Assembly: GCA_964016885.1 (NCBI GenBank)
Contig: OZ024743.1
Coordinates: 308,264,001 to 308,328,000, forward strand
Source: Eledone cirrhosa
Lineage: Eukaryota
DNA length: 64,000 nucleotides
Reading direction: 5' to 3'
Part shown: positions 38,800 through 51,247 of the stretch, piece by piece
Position numbering within the stretch: position 1 is the stretch's first letter
Layout: each line of letters begins with the position of its first letter
Translations under genes and position numbers: made by a program
The notes under the pieces: generated by a model
Database searches by the model: none
What the model saw: only the letters and a program-made list of their open reading frames with translations
Told to the model about the DNA's origin: nothing

Positions 38800-39712
38800 A
38801 ACTAGATGAGGTCGATGTGTTCTCCCTCTTTCTGTCGTACACACTCTCTAAACAAATGACATTCCTTTTTTCCTCAATTTTGTACATCTCTCTCACTTGG
38901 CGCTCCCCATCTATATATATTGATGAGAGCGACATTGTAACTTTCTGTTTATCTACCTTTTTCTGTCACCTCAAAAGCACACAGCATTCTGTTTTCTCTC
39001 TATATATAGATGAGGGTGACGTCATGACTTTCCGTCCATCTACCTCTTTCTGTCATCTTGAAAACATATGGCATTCTCTTCCCTCTCTTTATCTATGTTC
39101 AAATCTCTTGCTTGGTGCTCCTCCTCTCTACATAAAGTGAATGTGACGGGTGGATGGATGGACAGACAGACAGCGTACTTATTATAATATAGACTAGCAG
39201 AAAACCACCCAGGGGCGGTTTTCTGCTAGTCTATATATCTAAAACAGAGAATGTCTGTCTGTCAGCTCACTAAAACTTGAGAACCATCCAACCGATTGTT
39301 TTCAAACTTTAGACATGTAATACTTATGGTCCTGTGAGTGTTTTGAGCAAATTTTCAATGCCCTAGGAACCGCATTAGGCGATTTAGCGTTCTCTCTATA
39401 TAATTCTTAGTCTTTCTTTTTAGATAGATACATAGATATAACGTTGCGCCCTTATAATATCTGTCTGTATGTCTGCATTACGTCATTATGACACGCTCAG
39501 CGCGATTCCCTCGGCCTCAGTGACCAAAGTCAGTGGAGAGGGGAAGGTAATGTTTCTGTAGCACGTGTTTTAGCGTCTATTCACTCTCTCTCTCTCCCGC
39601 TATCCCCCTCTCGTAGTCTGTCTCTTTCTTTCACTCTCACTCTCTCTCTACGCACGTGTTTCCACTGTCGGACAGACAGACAGAGAAATTGCTGGTTATA
39701 TATATAAGTAGA
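38800..39712. mobile_element. Cluster of non-autonomous Helitron-like ends
   Basis: Three TCTA...CTGTCTGTC starts (39230 on +, 39193 and 39712 on -) and CTAG-terminated GC-rich ends at 39187-39236. Confidence 0.55.
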
Positions 39713-42639
39713 TTATGGTTGTGATATATTTTGGAATGAATTGATTTGGATTGAAGTACCATAAAATACCAACTGGTAGATACATCGTCAAAATACTGAC
39801 ATGTGTTGTCATAGCCTCAGACAATACAGGTCTGAGCATCATGCCAAACTTGTATGCTCTATTTTGATGTGGTTTCTACAACTTCATTTTACATTGTGTA
39901 CTAGCTCTGCCATACTGGGTGCATTTTACCATGGCGCCATCATAACTACATTGCAGAGTCTATTCGGTGCAGCACTATCTTGGGTTTGCACCTGGAAAGC
40001 ACCTCTCAAAGATAGGATGTTTTGTGGAAGATCAGCTATCACTCCTCTCCATGCTATTAATGTTATCCAAGGGAAATGCAAAGGCCAATACAGCCTGGTG
40101 CCAATATGAATGGACTGGAGAAACATGTAATTTATATTGTGTCTTGCTCAAGGACACAATGTTCTGCCTAGTCTGGGAATCAAACTCAAGACTTTACAAT
40201 TATGTGCCAAACACTATAACTACTAAACCACATGCCTTAACCAGCACTGAAACAAGAAATCCTAATTTCCCCATGACTAAATATACAGCTAACTCCTATT
40301 AGGTCCAGCTCTCTGTGCACTGAGTTCAAATTTTGCCAATGCCAAATTTGTCTTTTGTTGTTGATTTTTTAGGTCAATAAATAAAGTACCATTCCAGTGG
40401 CAGTGGATTGGTGTTATTGTTAAAAAGTTGGGCATAACGATTTGTAGTATCTGATCTGACTGTGCATTCTGAGTTGAAATTCTGCCAGGAATTGTGTCTG
40501 GCAGATAGTACCACCAATGGAAATAGTTTCTTTGGTCCAAACATAGTATTAGGTCTTTTTCTTTGCCATTATAGTCTCCAATGTAAGGTTAATAATCCAA
40601 AAGCAATAATTTCAGTCTCCGATGTCTTCATTTTGGAAAAAAAACAGGTTTTACACTCATTTAATCCTTTAGTTACCAACCAGTCTTGTTCTATGAAATA
40701 AAACCCTCCATTTTAAAGGTTTCCAACATAATTTTATATAAGAACCTTACATTAAGTTACTATCTTAGTAATAAAATAATTAATAATTTTAGTAAATCCC
40801 TCAAAATTTTTCAATAATCAATTAAAATAGAGTGTATTTCATTAGAAATGTGGTCATGAAAGGGTTAATTTATGTTTATGTCCAGTTGTTGTTGTTATTA
40901 CAGCTCACATCTAGGTTTTGCTGGCCACCTTTGAAGTTAGATCCCATAAGAGGTTTCTTGGATGTTAAGCATCCGATTCACCCTGTAAGAGGGTCATGCT
41001 GGTGCCATGCCAAAAAGCACCCAGTTCGCCCTGTAATGTGGTTGTACTAGTCCTACAACAAAAAGCACACAGTCCACCCTGTAAGGTGGTAGAGCTGGTG
41101 TCTTGAAAAAAAATCTCCAATCCACCATGTAATGTGGTTGGCATTAGGAAAGGTATCCAGCCATAGAAAACCAAGCCCCAAATGGAATGTATAAGCAAGA
41201 TGTGGTCACCTAACCTATCTGGCCTCATTATGCAACAGCCTGTTTAACCCATGCAAGCTTGGATAATAGATGTTAAATGGTAATGAGTATTAAGAAGGAC
41301 ATCCAGCTGTATAAAACATATCAAATTTAGGTTTGAGGGGACCTTTCAGTTGAGCCAAGAGCATGATAACCTCTCTAGTGAAGGTACTATGATAAAATAT
41401 ACCCACTATACTCTGTAAAGTGCTCATGTAAGTGGGATCACATCCTATCTTAGTAGCTTTGATTAAATACTGACTTGGTCTGTGAAAACCTGTCCAACCC
41501 ATGCCAGTGTGAAAGAACAGATAATGTCATATGTTCTGTGTATGGATTATTTTGGTTTTAACTAGAATATAAAACAAATAAACTTGAAATAATAGTTTGA
41601 TAGAACTTTACAAAATCTTGTTTCAAAACAAATAACAGACCTTCAGACAATATCAAGCAAATCCATCCCAATAGGGTCAATTACCAAGCTACAGAAAATA
41701 AAATTAGAGGTAAGTCTTTATCATAATCATGATTGCCATCATTCTCACCTCTACCATCATCATTACTACCACCATCATCACCATTAACACCATCATCATC
41801 ATCATCATCATCATCACAAACATCATCCTCACCATCATCACCATTGTCACCGTCATCACCACAACTACCATTACCAACACTTTCATACATTAAAGACATA
41901 ACCTCACTAGTGTTGGTGCCATGATAACATGTACTCTGTACTCTCTGTGTTAGGAAAGGCATCCATCTGTAAAAATTATGCCATGCCAAACATGCAACAT
42001 ATGAGCAAGATGTAGTCCTCAAACCCATCTAGGAGGACAGTAATTTGCAATAAGAACTCACTTAGACGATAATGACTTATCTAACCCATGCCAACATAGA
42101 ATTATGTGTCATCTTTCCATGCTGGCATGGGTTGGATGGTTTGTCAATGACCAAGTCTGTGTTCAATTGGAGCCAAAGTCCTCTCAGTCAGGCTGGGGCA
42201 GGGAGGAGTATCTTAGCTTACATACATTTTAGTTTTTGCATGGTTCCTATGGCTAAATGCCTTATCACTTTATAGAATGCATTTTGATGTAGCATTCATT
42301 AACATTAGGGAATGTGTCATATCCTTGACACAACTGAAAAGTCTTCTGAACATCTTGTTTGACATAGTTTCTATGAGTGGATGCCCTTTCTAACACCAAC
42401 CATCTTACTGAGTGTACCGGGAACACTTTATCATGGTACCAGCATTAGAGGGGTTCTGGTGCCCTTGACAACTGAAAAATTTCACTCCACCTTTGGTTGA
42501 AGGGTTTCTATGACTGGATGCCCTTCCTAATGTCATCTCCTTTCAAGGGTATTGGGTGCATTTTATCGTGGCACAAGTATAAGTTTTATCAACAGTTTGA
42601 TTAGCATGTTTTCTATTTTGTATATACTTTATTTATCAG

Positions 42640-43247
42640 GTAATCAACAACAGCAGCAGCAGCAGCAGCAGCAACAACAACAACAACACCACCACCACCA
42701 CCAACAACAACAACCTACTGAAAGCAAGAACACATTACCAGATGTTAGACCTGCTGTTGCACAAGACCATCCCAAAGCAGGATTTCACACTGAGAGTAAG
42801 ATGCAAGCAGCAAATACAAATACAGATTATAAAGGAGACACTGATGGAAATATCCAGTCTAACTCAGCCTCTAGCATTAATGATAGAAAGGATAATGTAA
42901 ATGATGGAAGTGAGACTGATTCCGCTGCAGTTAACAGCAATGAGTCTACTACTACAAGATCAACAACATATCACCAGAACAGTTCACTTACCTCACAGAA
43001 GACATCAAATAATGTAGCGAAATTCTTTGAACATTCCAACTACATTCTGAAGAAAAAAGTTGTTGTAGCAAGTCCTACAGACAGTGCCCAAGGCCCTATA
43101 GTAGCACTTGCTCTTGGACTCTCTTTCACAACTATGCTGTTAATCTTTGTCGGCTGTCGTTTACACCGCGTGAAACGCCGCCTATGCAAAGGGAGAGCAC
43201 TACATTCAAATGAAGCAGATTACCTCATCAACGGTAAGTACTTGTAA
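42640..43247 (+). CDS. Terminal exon of a mucin-like single-pass membrane protein (C11orf24/MANSC1-like cytoplasmic tail)
   Basis: Acceptor TTTATTTATCAG, then polyQ/H, S/T/N-rich stalk, TM helix IVALALGLSFTTMLLIFVGC, basic stop-transfer RLHRVKRR and tail EADYLINGKYL*, resembling the DYLINGxY motif of C11orf24/MANSC1. Confidence 0.85.
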
Positions 43248-45077
43248 GATTTGGACTCAAAACAAGAAATTTAAAACTGGCAACAATGATGTCTTTTGCA
43301 GTTTATTATCTCCCCATTAACTTGTAATATATATATATATATTTATTTATTTATTTGCGGTTTGATTTATTCATGTATTACTATTGGTTTTGTTGACATA
43401 AACACATCTAACTCTTCAGATGTGTTCAGATGCTTATTTAGAATACATCCAAAGAATTAGAGCTGTTTAAATTTACAAAACCACTGATAGTGCACAAATA
43501 AATCAAACTGCTAATACAAATATTCTCAATATTATGTGTTGGTTGCCCTCTTTATTTGTTTGTACCCATAAAGTCAGTAGTACATTGAAGCTAAGACACA
43601 TGGTTTCTTGAATGCAATGTTTGCACTCGTGCTTTAGTTTGCTAGCATCACATAGTTGACCAATGCACGATGAATGCAGGCACTGCATCTAAGAAATCCC
43701 TGGTTTTGGCTATAATGTACTTACTGATTGTAAAATAATAAACAATAATTTATACCTTGCCCCACCTATATTAAGTGCTCCTCTTACATTCATCACATCA
43801 ATGTCTAGAAATTTTCTCAAAGGATTTTTATGTTGAGAATTAAGTTAAGTTCTTTCTCTGTTTTTTCTTCTGCATAAGACATATTGATTAACAAACTGCA
43901 TTTATCGTAATTTTCTCCTGGTAGAAATTGTATTTTTTTAAATATCATTTTCTCTAAACTAAATACTCTAAATCGAAATTATAATTTTGGAAAAAAATTA
44001 TTTGTTGATTTTTAATTTTTTTAATTTTATTTTAAAGGTAAATCAAAATCTATTATTATCTTTATTGGTAGAATCATTAGAGTATTGGGGAAAATGCTTT
44101 GTGGTATTTGTTCCAAGTCATTTTGAGTTGATATCCCACCGAGGACAACTTTGCCTTTCATCCTTTTGGGGGTCAATAAAATAAAGTACCAGTCAAGTAC
44201 TGGGATTGATTTGTATCAACTTTCCAATATCCCTGTAAATTGCTGGCTTTATGCTTGAATTAGAAACCATTATTATTATTATTAAAAGAGTTATTTTAAA
44301 AAAAAATATTTTCATTTCTGTGAACAAGTTCAGTTTGTCATTATTTTTTGTATTATAATTATGTTCAAAATACCTGTGGAGGTATTGGTTGGGTAGTTTT
44401 TCTCTCAAAATATTTAAGATGAAATGAGGTTTATTAATTTTTCGATTCTTTCATTTAAATTCTCAATAAATACTGTTTTAGAAAAGTTGGGGAGAAAAAG
44501 CCTTTGATAAAAGAAAATGTTTCACAGGATAATTTAATGGCAGTGATTGAAATATATAAACCATGGCCTTTCGAAAATTTCTTCTTTGTAAAACAATTTT
44601 ATGAAAATATCAGATAAAATAATCTCTTCTGCTCAATGTTGTATTCAAACACCCGACTGCAACATTTTTCTTCAGAATTGCTAGTTCTTTGTTTGTCTGT
44701 TTTTTTTTTGTTTTTTTTGGTTGAAAATGCTTTGTCATCAGTTTTTCTAAACCAATTATCTATAGGCGTATTCTGTCTGAATTCTGATGGAATATATTTG
44801 TGTGCGTGCGTGTGTTTGTGTGTTTTACTAACTTGCAAATACCTAATTTATAGTTGTATCCTATCTAAACTTTGGTGGAATTTATACATATATGTATATA
44901 TATATATATTCTTTGTTTAACTGTTTATTTGATTGGGAGTATTGTGTTTGCACCATCTCAATCTGTAAACTACAGTGTAAGCACTTCATGTTGGTTATAT
45001 ATATCCAACACTATTATGGGATCGCATAGAATATGACAGAGTATTGTTATATGAATGAATGTTATGATGGGCTGTAT

Positions 45078-45346
45078 TATAATTGAATCAAATTTATTTC
45101 TGTTATGTATATTTCTGCAATGTCGGCATATTGTTGTTATACTTCTTCAGACAGTATTTTGCATTTAAGCAGAGGTTACACAAGAAAAATTTTAAAGTTG
45201 TTATGATTAGACGAGAAATGCACGTCCAATATGTCATGTGAATTTAAATGCAAAATATTGTCTGAAGAAACCATACCAGCCTCAGTTACGACTTACATAA
45301 CATGCTGATATTGTGGAAATGTACATAACAAATAAACTTAATTATA
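45078..45346. mobile_element. Fold-back with a hammerhead in each arm (45100-45154 on -, 45258-45331 on +)
   Basis: Plus arm TTGT CTGAAGA-long stem II-GAAA TGTACA TA ACAA. Minus arm CTGT CTGAAGA...GAAA TATACA TA ACAG. Confidence 0.78.
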
Positions 45347-45549
45347 TATTAAATGACCGATAAGTTTGTTTTATTGTAAACCTGGTACAATGCGGTAGAA
45401 AATATGAAGGGTAAATGATGGTAAATGAAACAAAACAAAACAAAGTAAAGTAATGTTTTACCCAGTGTATTATTATTAAACTTAATTATGTAATAATATA
45501 ACCCTGTCTTAACATTCATTTGTGTGTATGTATGTGTGTGTATATATAT

Positions 45550-45733
45550 ATTTATTATTATTATTAAGGCTAAAAAGTGAGTCTGGTTACTCTGGAGTTT
45601 CGCCTGTTTATCATAGGATCATCAGATGAAACTCCAGAGTAATAAGACTCACTTTTTAGCTTTAATAATAATGAATATTAAAACTCTACTTTGGTATTGA
45701 GTATCCTTTCTCTCAGCCATCAACCACATATGG

Positions 45734-45735
<2 letters not shown>
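45550..45735. mobile_element. PLE-derived fold-back, family B, with hammerhead core on the minus arm (45588-45625)
   Basis: Minus strand CTGATGA TCCT-N9-AGG C GAAA CTCCAGAG TA. The plus arm restarts at GAAA and carries the tail hairpin at 45683-45702. Flanked by (TA)n. Confidence 0.82.
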
Positions 45736-45768
<33 letters not shown>

Positions 45769-46124
45769 TAAATCTACCTGTCTATCTCTCTCTTACACAC
45801 TCTCTCTTTCTCTCTATATATATTCTTAATAACATGCATCACAACTAGCTAATTTTTTATAGATTAAACTTAAATGATTTGTTTCAGTAACCTATAGTAT
45901 TTTAGCCAGAACTGGTTATTTTTGTGTACCAGTTTCAATTGTTACCTTACTGCAAGAAAGCATATTGCCTAAATATTTTCTTTCATTAATTAAAACATCT
46001 CTTGTGGTAACTAAAAAAATTGTATACATAAACACATTGAGGCCCTACAAGGAGCATTAAATATTTAAAAACGAATGATTATGTGTATGACTGTGTGGTT
46101 GTGTGTGTGTGCGTGCATGCACAC

Positions 46125-46386
46125 ATGATTGCTTTAGGAAAAGTGGTACAATTCAAATTTAAAAAAACCCAAACAAGTGTGAAAACTAGAGTGAAGTAAA
46201 GCACTGCTCATTGCCAACATCACACTCCATTTCATTTCTTTTGAGAAAGAGCGCCTATACTCAAAATATCATGAAATATAAAGTAACAGCGTAAACTGTT
46301 CTTCTGTTTTGTTTTTCTTGCTTTACTCTAGTTTTCATCCTTGTATTTTAAATATGAATTGTGCTACCTTTCCCAAAACAATCATA
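46125..46386. repeat. Imperfect fold-back with ~70-bp arms
   Basis: ATGATTGCTTTAGGAAAAGTGGTACAATTC.../...GAATTGTGCTACCTTTCCCAAAACAATCAT. The loop has a hammerhead-like remnant GAG-N8-CTC AAAA TATC ATGAAAT. Confidence 0.65.
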
Positions 46387-46543
46387 CATATACACACACA
46401 TATATATATATATATTAATCATATACATGATAATGGTTTCACAACCCTGCAACAAGCTTACATAAGGGGTAAGACTTAGATGAGGTTGTTCTTTGGGTGT
46501 TTTATGTTAATGTATGTATGATTAATATTTGCTGTATCAGTCA

Positions 46544-46762
46544 GTACAATGCAGTAGAAATATATAAAAGGCAAAGGATGACAAATAAAACAAAGTAATA
46601 TTTTACCCAGTATATTTCAACATGATATTTCAGGCTTTGTTTTGAACCATTTCCGTTTCACATTTGCAAAGAGGGTAATAGCTCTGAAATATCATGCAGA
46701 ACATTATTTTGTTTTGTTTTATTTTTGTCATTTGCCTTTTATATTTTTATACCGCATTGTAT
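46544..46762. repeat. Imperfect fold-back with a hammerhead-like remnant; solo arm at 45385-45470
   Basis: TACAATGCAGTAGAAATAT.../...ATACCGCATTGTA, with inner CATGATATTTCAG/CTGAAATATCATG. Confidence 0.65.
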
Positions 46763-46971
46763 GGGCTTTTTGAAACCTATTAACTATATTAATATATATA
46801 TATATATATATATACACATACACACACATTTATGTTGTGTGGTTCGCCAATAGGTAGAACTGGTCATTCCATTTAGTTAACCATGATGTAATAGTAAGAA
46901 AAGCACTCTACGTTATACAACTCATCAATCGTAGATGTTGAATCTCGTGGCTGGTGCAGGAATGGGGTTAA

Positions 46972-47398
46972 ATATTTATTTAATTAAAACAACAGAAGGC
47001 CAAACAGGAAATAACCCTTTAAAGTTTTAACGTTGCAAAAACACTATATATATTTCAATGGCCTTGTTACATAAGACCCTGGCAACATCATCAGGTACAG
47101 ACTGCATTAGTTAATCAATAAATAGAATTATGGCAAACACAAACAGAAAATATATTTTAGTCAGAGATGGCCCACAAATTCAGTGTTAATGTTGCGGCAG
47201 ATGGGCTGCGATTCTCTGTTTGTGTTTTCCGTAATACCTTCTATTGATTAATTAATTATGCAATCTGCACCTGATGATGTTGCCAGAGTCTTGCGTAACC
47301 AGGCCATTGAAATATATATATATAGTGTTTTTTGCAACATTAAAACTTTAAAGGGATATTTCCTGTCTGGCCTACTGTTGTTTTAATTAAATAAATAT
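46972..47398. mobile_element. Large fold-back (~180-bp arms) with a hammerhead motif in each arm
   Basis: Plus arm 47267-47328 reads GCAC CTGATGA ... GAAA (TA)6 GTGT, with a mirror copy in the left arm. Confidence 0.82.
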
Positions 47399-47407
47399 AT
47401 CTGTGTG

Positions 47408-47451
<44 letters not shown>

Positions 47452-48173
47452 AAAGGAATGACAACAATATTGTTAATGTTAATTTTTCACAATGTTTTGT
47501 AATGTTTGGTATGTTTTGTTGATTGTCATCTAATATGAGACACCAGTTCACAAATAGGTGAAATAATAAATGCATTCAAAGAAACACCAGATAAATTCAT
47601 TTCTTTTCTTCTACTTTTCATTTCTTCTGTAGCAGCTGTGATGTTGGATTTAGAGTGTTTCTTGTTATGAATTTGTATTTTTTTTTAAATTCTGTAAATA
47701 ATAAATCTGTCTTTCTTCCCACCGTTTTCATCTTCTAAAACCTACCTAAAATTGTTTTGGCTAATGTTGAATCTGAGATTTCAATGATATTTTTTGCATT
47801 AATTAACATTTATGTTTTGTGTTATGTTATAGATAAAAGCTTTATCTTTGTTTATATCCTGCCAATGCAATGCTTTGTATTCCCTCGCTTCTTATTGTTA
47901 AGATGACCATCCACAAATTTCTTATTTTTTAATTATTTCTAATTCATAACTATGATTTTTTTTTTTTTTTTTTTTAAACTCGTCAACAGCTTTTCTTTTC
48001 TTTTCTATGTATTGGTAAGAGGCTCCTTGGAATTTTCTAATGAATTTTTCTTTTAGAAGAAACCCAATAGTCACTATAAACTTCAGTAATGTGTAATGTC
48101 TTATTGTGCACCATCATTTTTGTTATCTGTAGTCAGAATCTACTTAATGTGTACTGAATAATATATATATATA

Positions 48174-48279
48174 ACGAAGGAGGTGTGGTAAGGAACCAGA
48201 TGGACCATAACGCACCAGAGTCCAGAAATAGCCGTTGAAACGGCTTGAGCTCTGCCGTCGGGGTCAAACATTTTCCTAT
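48174..48279. mobile_element. PLE family A miniature insertion in flipped orientation
   Basis: 48174-48221 is the reverse complement of the tail end. 48222-48279 is the hammerhead 3' half ending TTCCTAT. (TA)n on both sides. Confidence 0.82.
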
Positions 48280-49077
48280 ATATATATATATATATATATA
48301 AGTACAGTACAGAACCACTATCAGAAAAAATATAATAATAAAACATTGCTTATAATTTTTTTATAATTATATATATTTTTTTAAATTTCAAGTAATAAAC
48401 AGTGCTTTATTACTTCTTCTGACTATGGTAAATTCTATATGAATAGAGCAGTGACAAGCTTCTTAGCAACATTATAGGATGTGATTCCTTCAAGTTAAAA
48501 TAGATGTTTATAGGAAACAAAGTTTTAGCTAAGGTTCTGTAACAAAATCATCCCACCTTAAATACTGATATTTAAATTGAAAAAATTCTTTTTTTTTTTT
48601 AATTTTTTATATTCAGTGGATTACTTGTTCTTTGTGTGGTGTAAAATGGTTAATAGTAGTCAACTGAGAAATGGCTACTTTCTCTCTCTAACCATATTCT
48701 GATAACTTTTTATTAAATTTAGACTATCATTTATATGGGACCTTTTTTTATATTCAAAATTGTTTTTGCTAGTTTGTAAACCAAAATAGTTGTGATTTTC
48801 CAAAGAAACATTGTACAACATAGTTTTTTTTTTCAACCTGTTGTGTATGTCTTACAACTACCTTGACTACAAGCTGATAGGAAATCCAGTTGTTCTTGAT
48901 TACTAATATAATAGTAAAGTTAATGACATATCTTCACTGAATGTTTTCCCACCAAACTTTACTGTCAGTCATCTGGAGATGAAAGAACAGTAAATGTTTT
49001 ATGTATGAATGTATGGAGAAATTGGCTGTGCCCCTACGACTCAAATCTGAAGATAGGGGCCCATAGATGAATAGAAA

Positions 49078-49210
<133 letters not shown>

Positions 49211-50993
49211 TAAAGCTGTCTAGGTGATTACAAAACAAAGTAGTTTTCTTTTGTTTTTTTTTTTATTAATAATTAGATTTGAAACAAATTTTCCAAAATG
49301 CTTTATATAAACCATTGCCAGAAAAGTAACTGCAGATTTGAAGAATTCTTTGTTCTTTGTTTTCTCGGACATATTGCCAGTTTGACATTCCAATTACTCA
49401 GTGCTAAATATTCATTCCATATTTATACAAAAATAAAATAATAATTTCATACAAAAATTCATACTACATTCCAGAATGTTTAATTTATTTATAGTCTTTA
49501 CCTGTTGTGAAAGTGCATTGCTTAGTGGTTAGTGTTGGTTTAACAATCATAAGGTCATGTGTTGAATCCCCAACTTCAGGTGGCATGTATCCTTGATCAA
49601 AGTACTTCCTTTCATGTTGCTTCAGTCCACCCTGTTGAAAATGGGTTTCAGCAACTGAGGGGTTAACCCTGTGATTGACTGGCACCTGTATTCTCACTTA
49701 TTTCATGCTATACAAAACCAGGATTAACTCTGACCTGATGATGAGCCTCTGTACATTAACTTTCACCTGTACTTCCAAGAGTTTATATTATACTGTACTC
49801 AGGCTCATCTGTTTAATCAACTTTCTTAATTATCACTTTATGAGAGCTTTAGAAGGCTTCTGATTTCTCTTATTGCTTCACTAAATTTAGAGTTTGTCTT
49901 TAAAGGCTTTTACATAATTGCTGTGGTGTTTGGTTTAGATATATATTGCACCTGGCTGTGGTGTTAGGTTTAGTTATTATATATTGCTCAATGTAGATAA
50001 TACAATGTCCTATTTCATTACATCACTGTTATGGCTTCAGGTTTAGAAATAATATATCAGTCTAACCCATGCCAGCATGGAAAACAAATGCAAAATGATC
50101 ATATCACTCAGTATAGATAATAATATATTTTCTTTGACAGCAATCTTATGGTGTTAAGTTTAGTTGTTATATGTTGCACAATATCCTCTTATTATATAAA
50201 CCTTGTCAAATTTAAGTTTAAAAGGTTAAAAAAAATATAACTGCAGTAAATTTAAATTGGTTTAAATTAAGCCAACATAAATTCTGTCCAAAATAATAAT
50301 AAAAAAAAGTATTAGGTTTGTAAAGGATATTACTGCATAACTTAAAATATTTCTTCCTTGTATTTTAATTTGTGTTTTCTAAACATGTGAGGACTTTAAA
50401 AAGTATTTCAAACAGAATTTTAATAGTGATCTATGAGCTGTTGTTATGGTTATTAAGCTTAGGTATAATATGTATTGTATAGAGGTCAGTCTTCTTTATT
50501 TTTCACCCTTTCATTACCATATTTATAATGAAATACACTCTATTTCAATTAATAAAAGTTATTTATTATTGAATTACTAAAATAGTATCTTAATTTACGG
50601 TTTTATATAAAATTATGTTGGAAGATTTTAGTTTAAATAGGATTGATCTGTCTGGCATTACGCTTTGCCAAAAAATAAAAGACCTGCTTGCTTGTACAAG
50701 CATTGTGACACAGTAAATGTGTGTGTGATCAGTAAATGTTGGCAATTGAAAATATATATAGCCTTTGAGAGAACCTTTCAAACTTGAGTATAAAACAACC
50801 AGTCTAGTGTTGGTGCAATAATAAAATGTAAAGCGTTAGTGGTGATGACATGAAAAAAATACATCGAGTATACCCTTTAAGGGGAAGAGGCATCGACATG
50901 TTTTACATGCTAAATATGGAATGTATGAACAAGATTGGGTTGTTCCAACCTGTCTGGTTTCAGACTGTGACAACCTGTCCAACCCATGCCTGG

Positions 50994-51027
<34 letters not shown>

Positions 51028-51247
51028 CATCATCATCATCATATATATATATATGCCCCAGCATGGCCTCAGCCAGATAGCTGGAACAGGTAAAAGTATA
51101 TATATGATCACCATCATTTTACATACTTTTTCCATGCTTGCATATATATATACAGTCCCATTCATACTAACGTGGAAAATAACTTTAAAATAATGGAGGT
51201 ATGATACACACACACGTGGGTGTGTGTTCAAACGTCTGGCACCATAA

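Noticed and set aside
45100-45330. Apparent excess of G-U-compatible mismatches between arms (possible retro-fixed A-to-I editing)
   Set aside because: Only about 6 versus 2 sites, and the neighbouring fold-back at 46125-46386 shows no bias.
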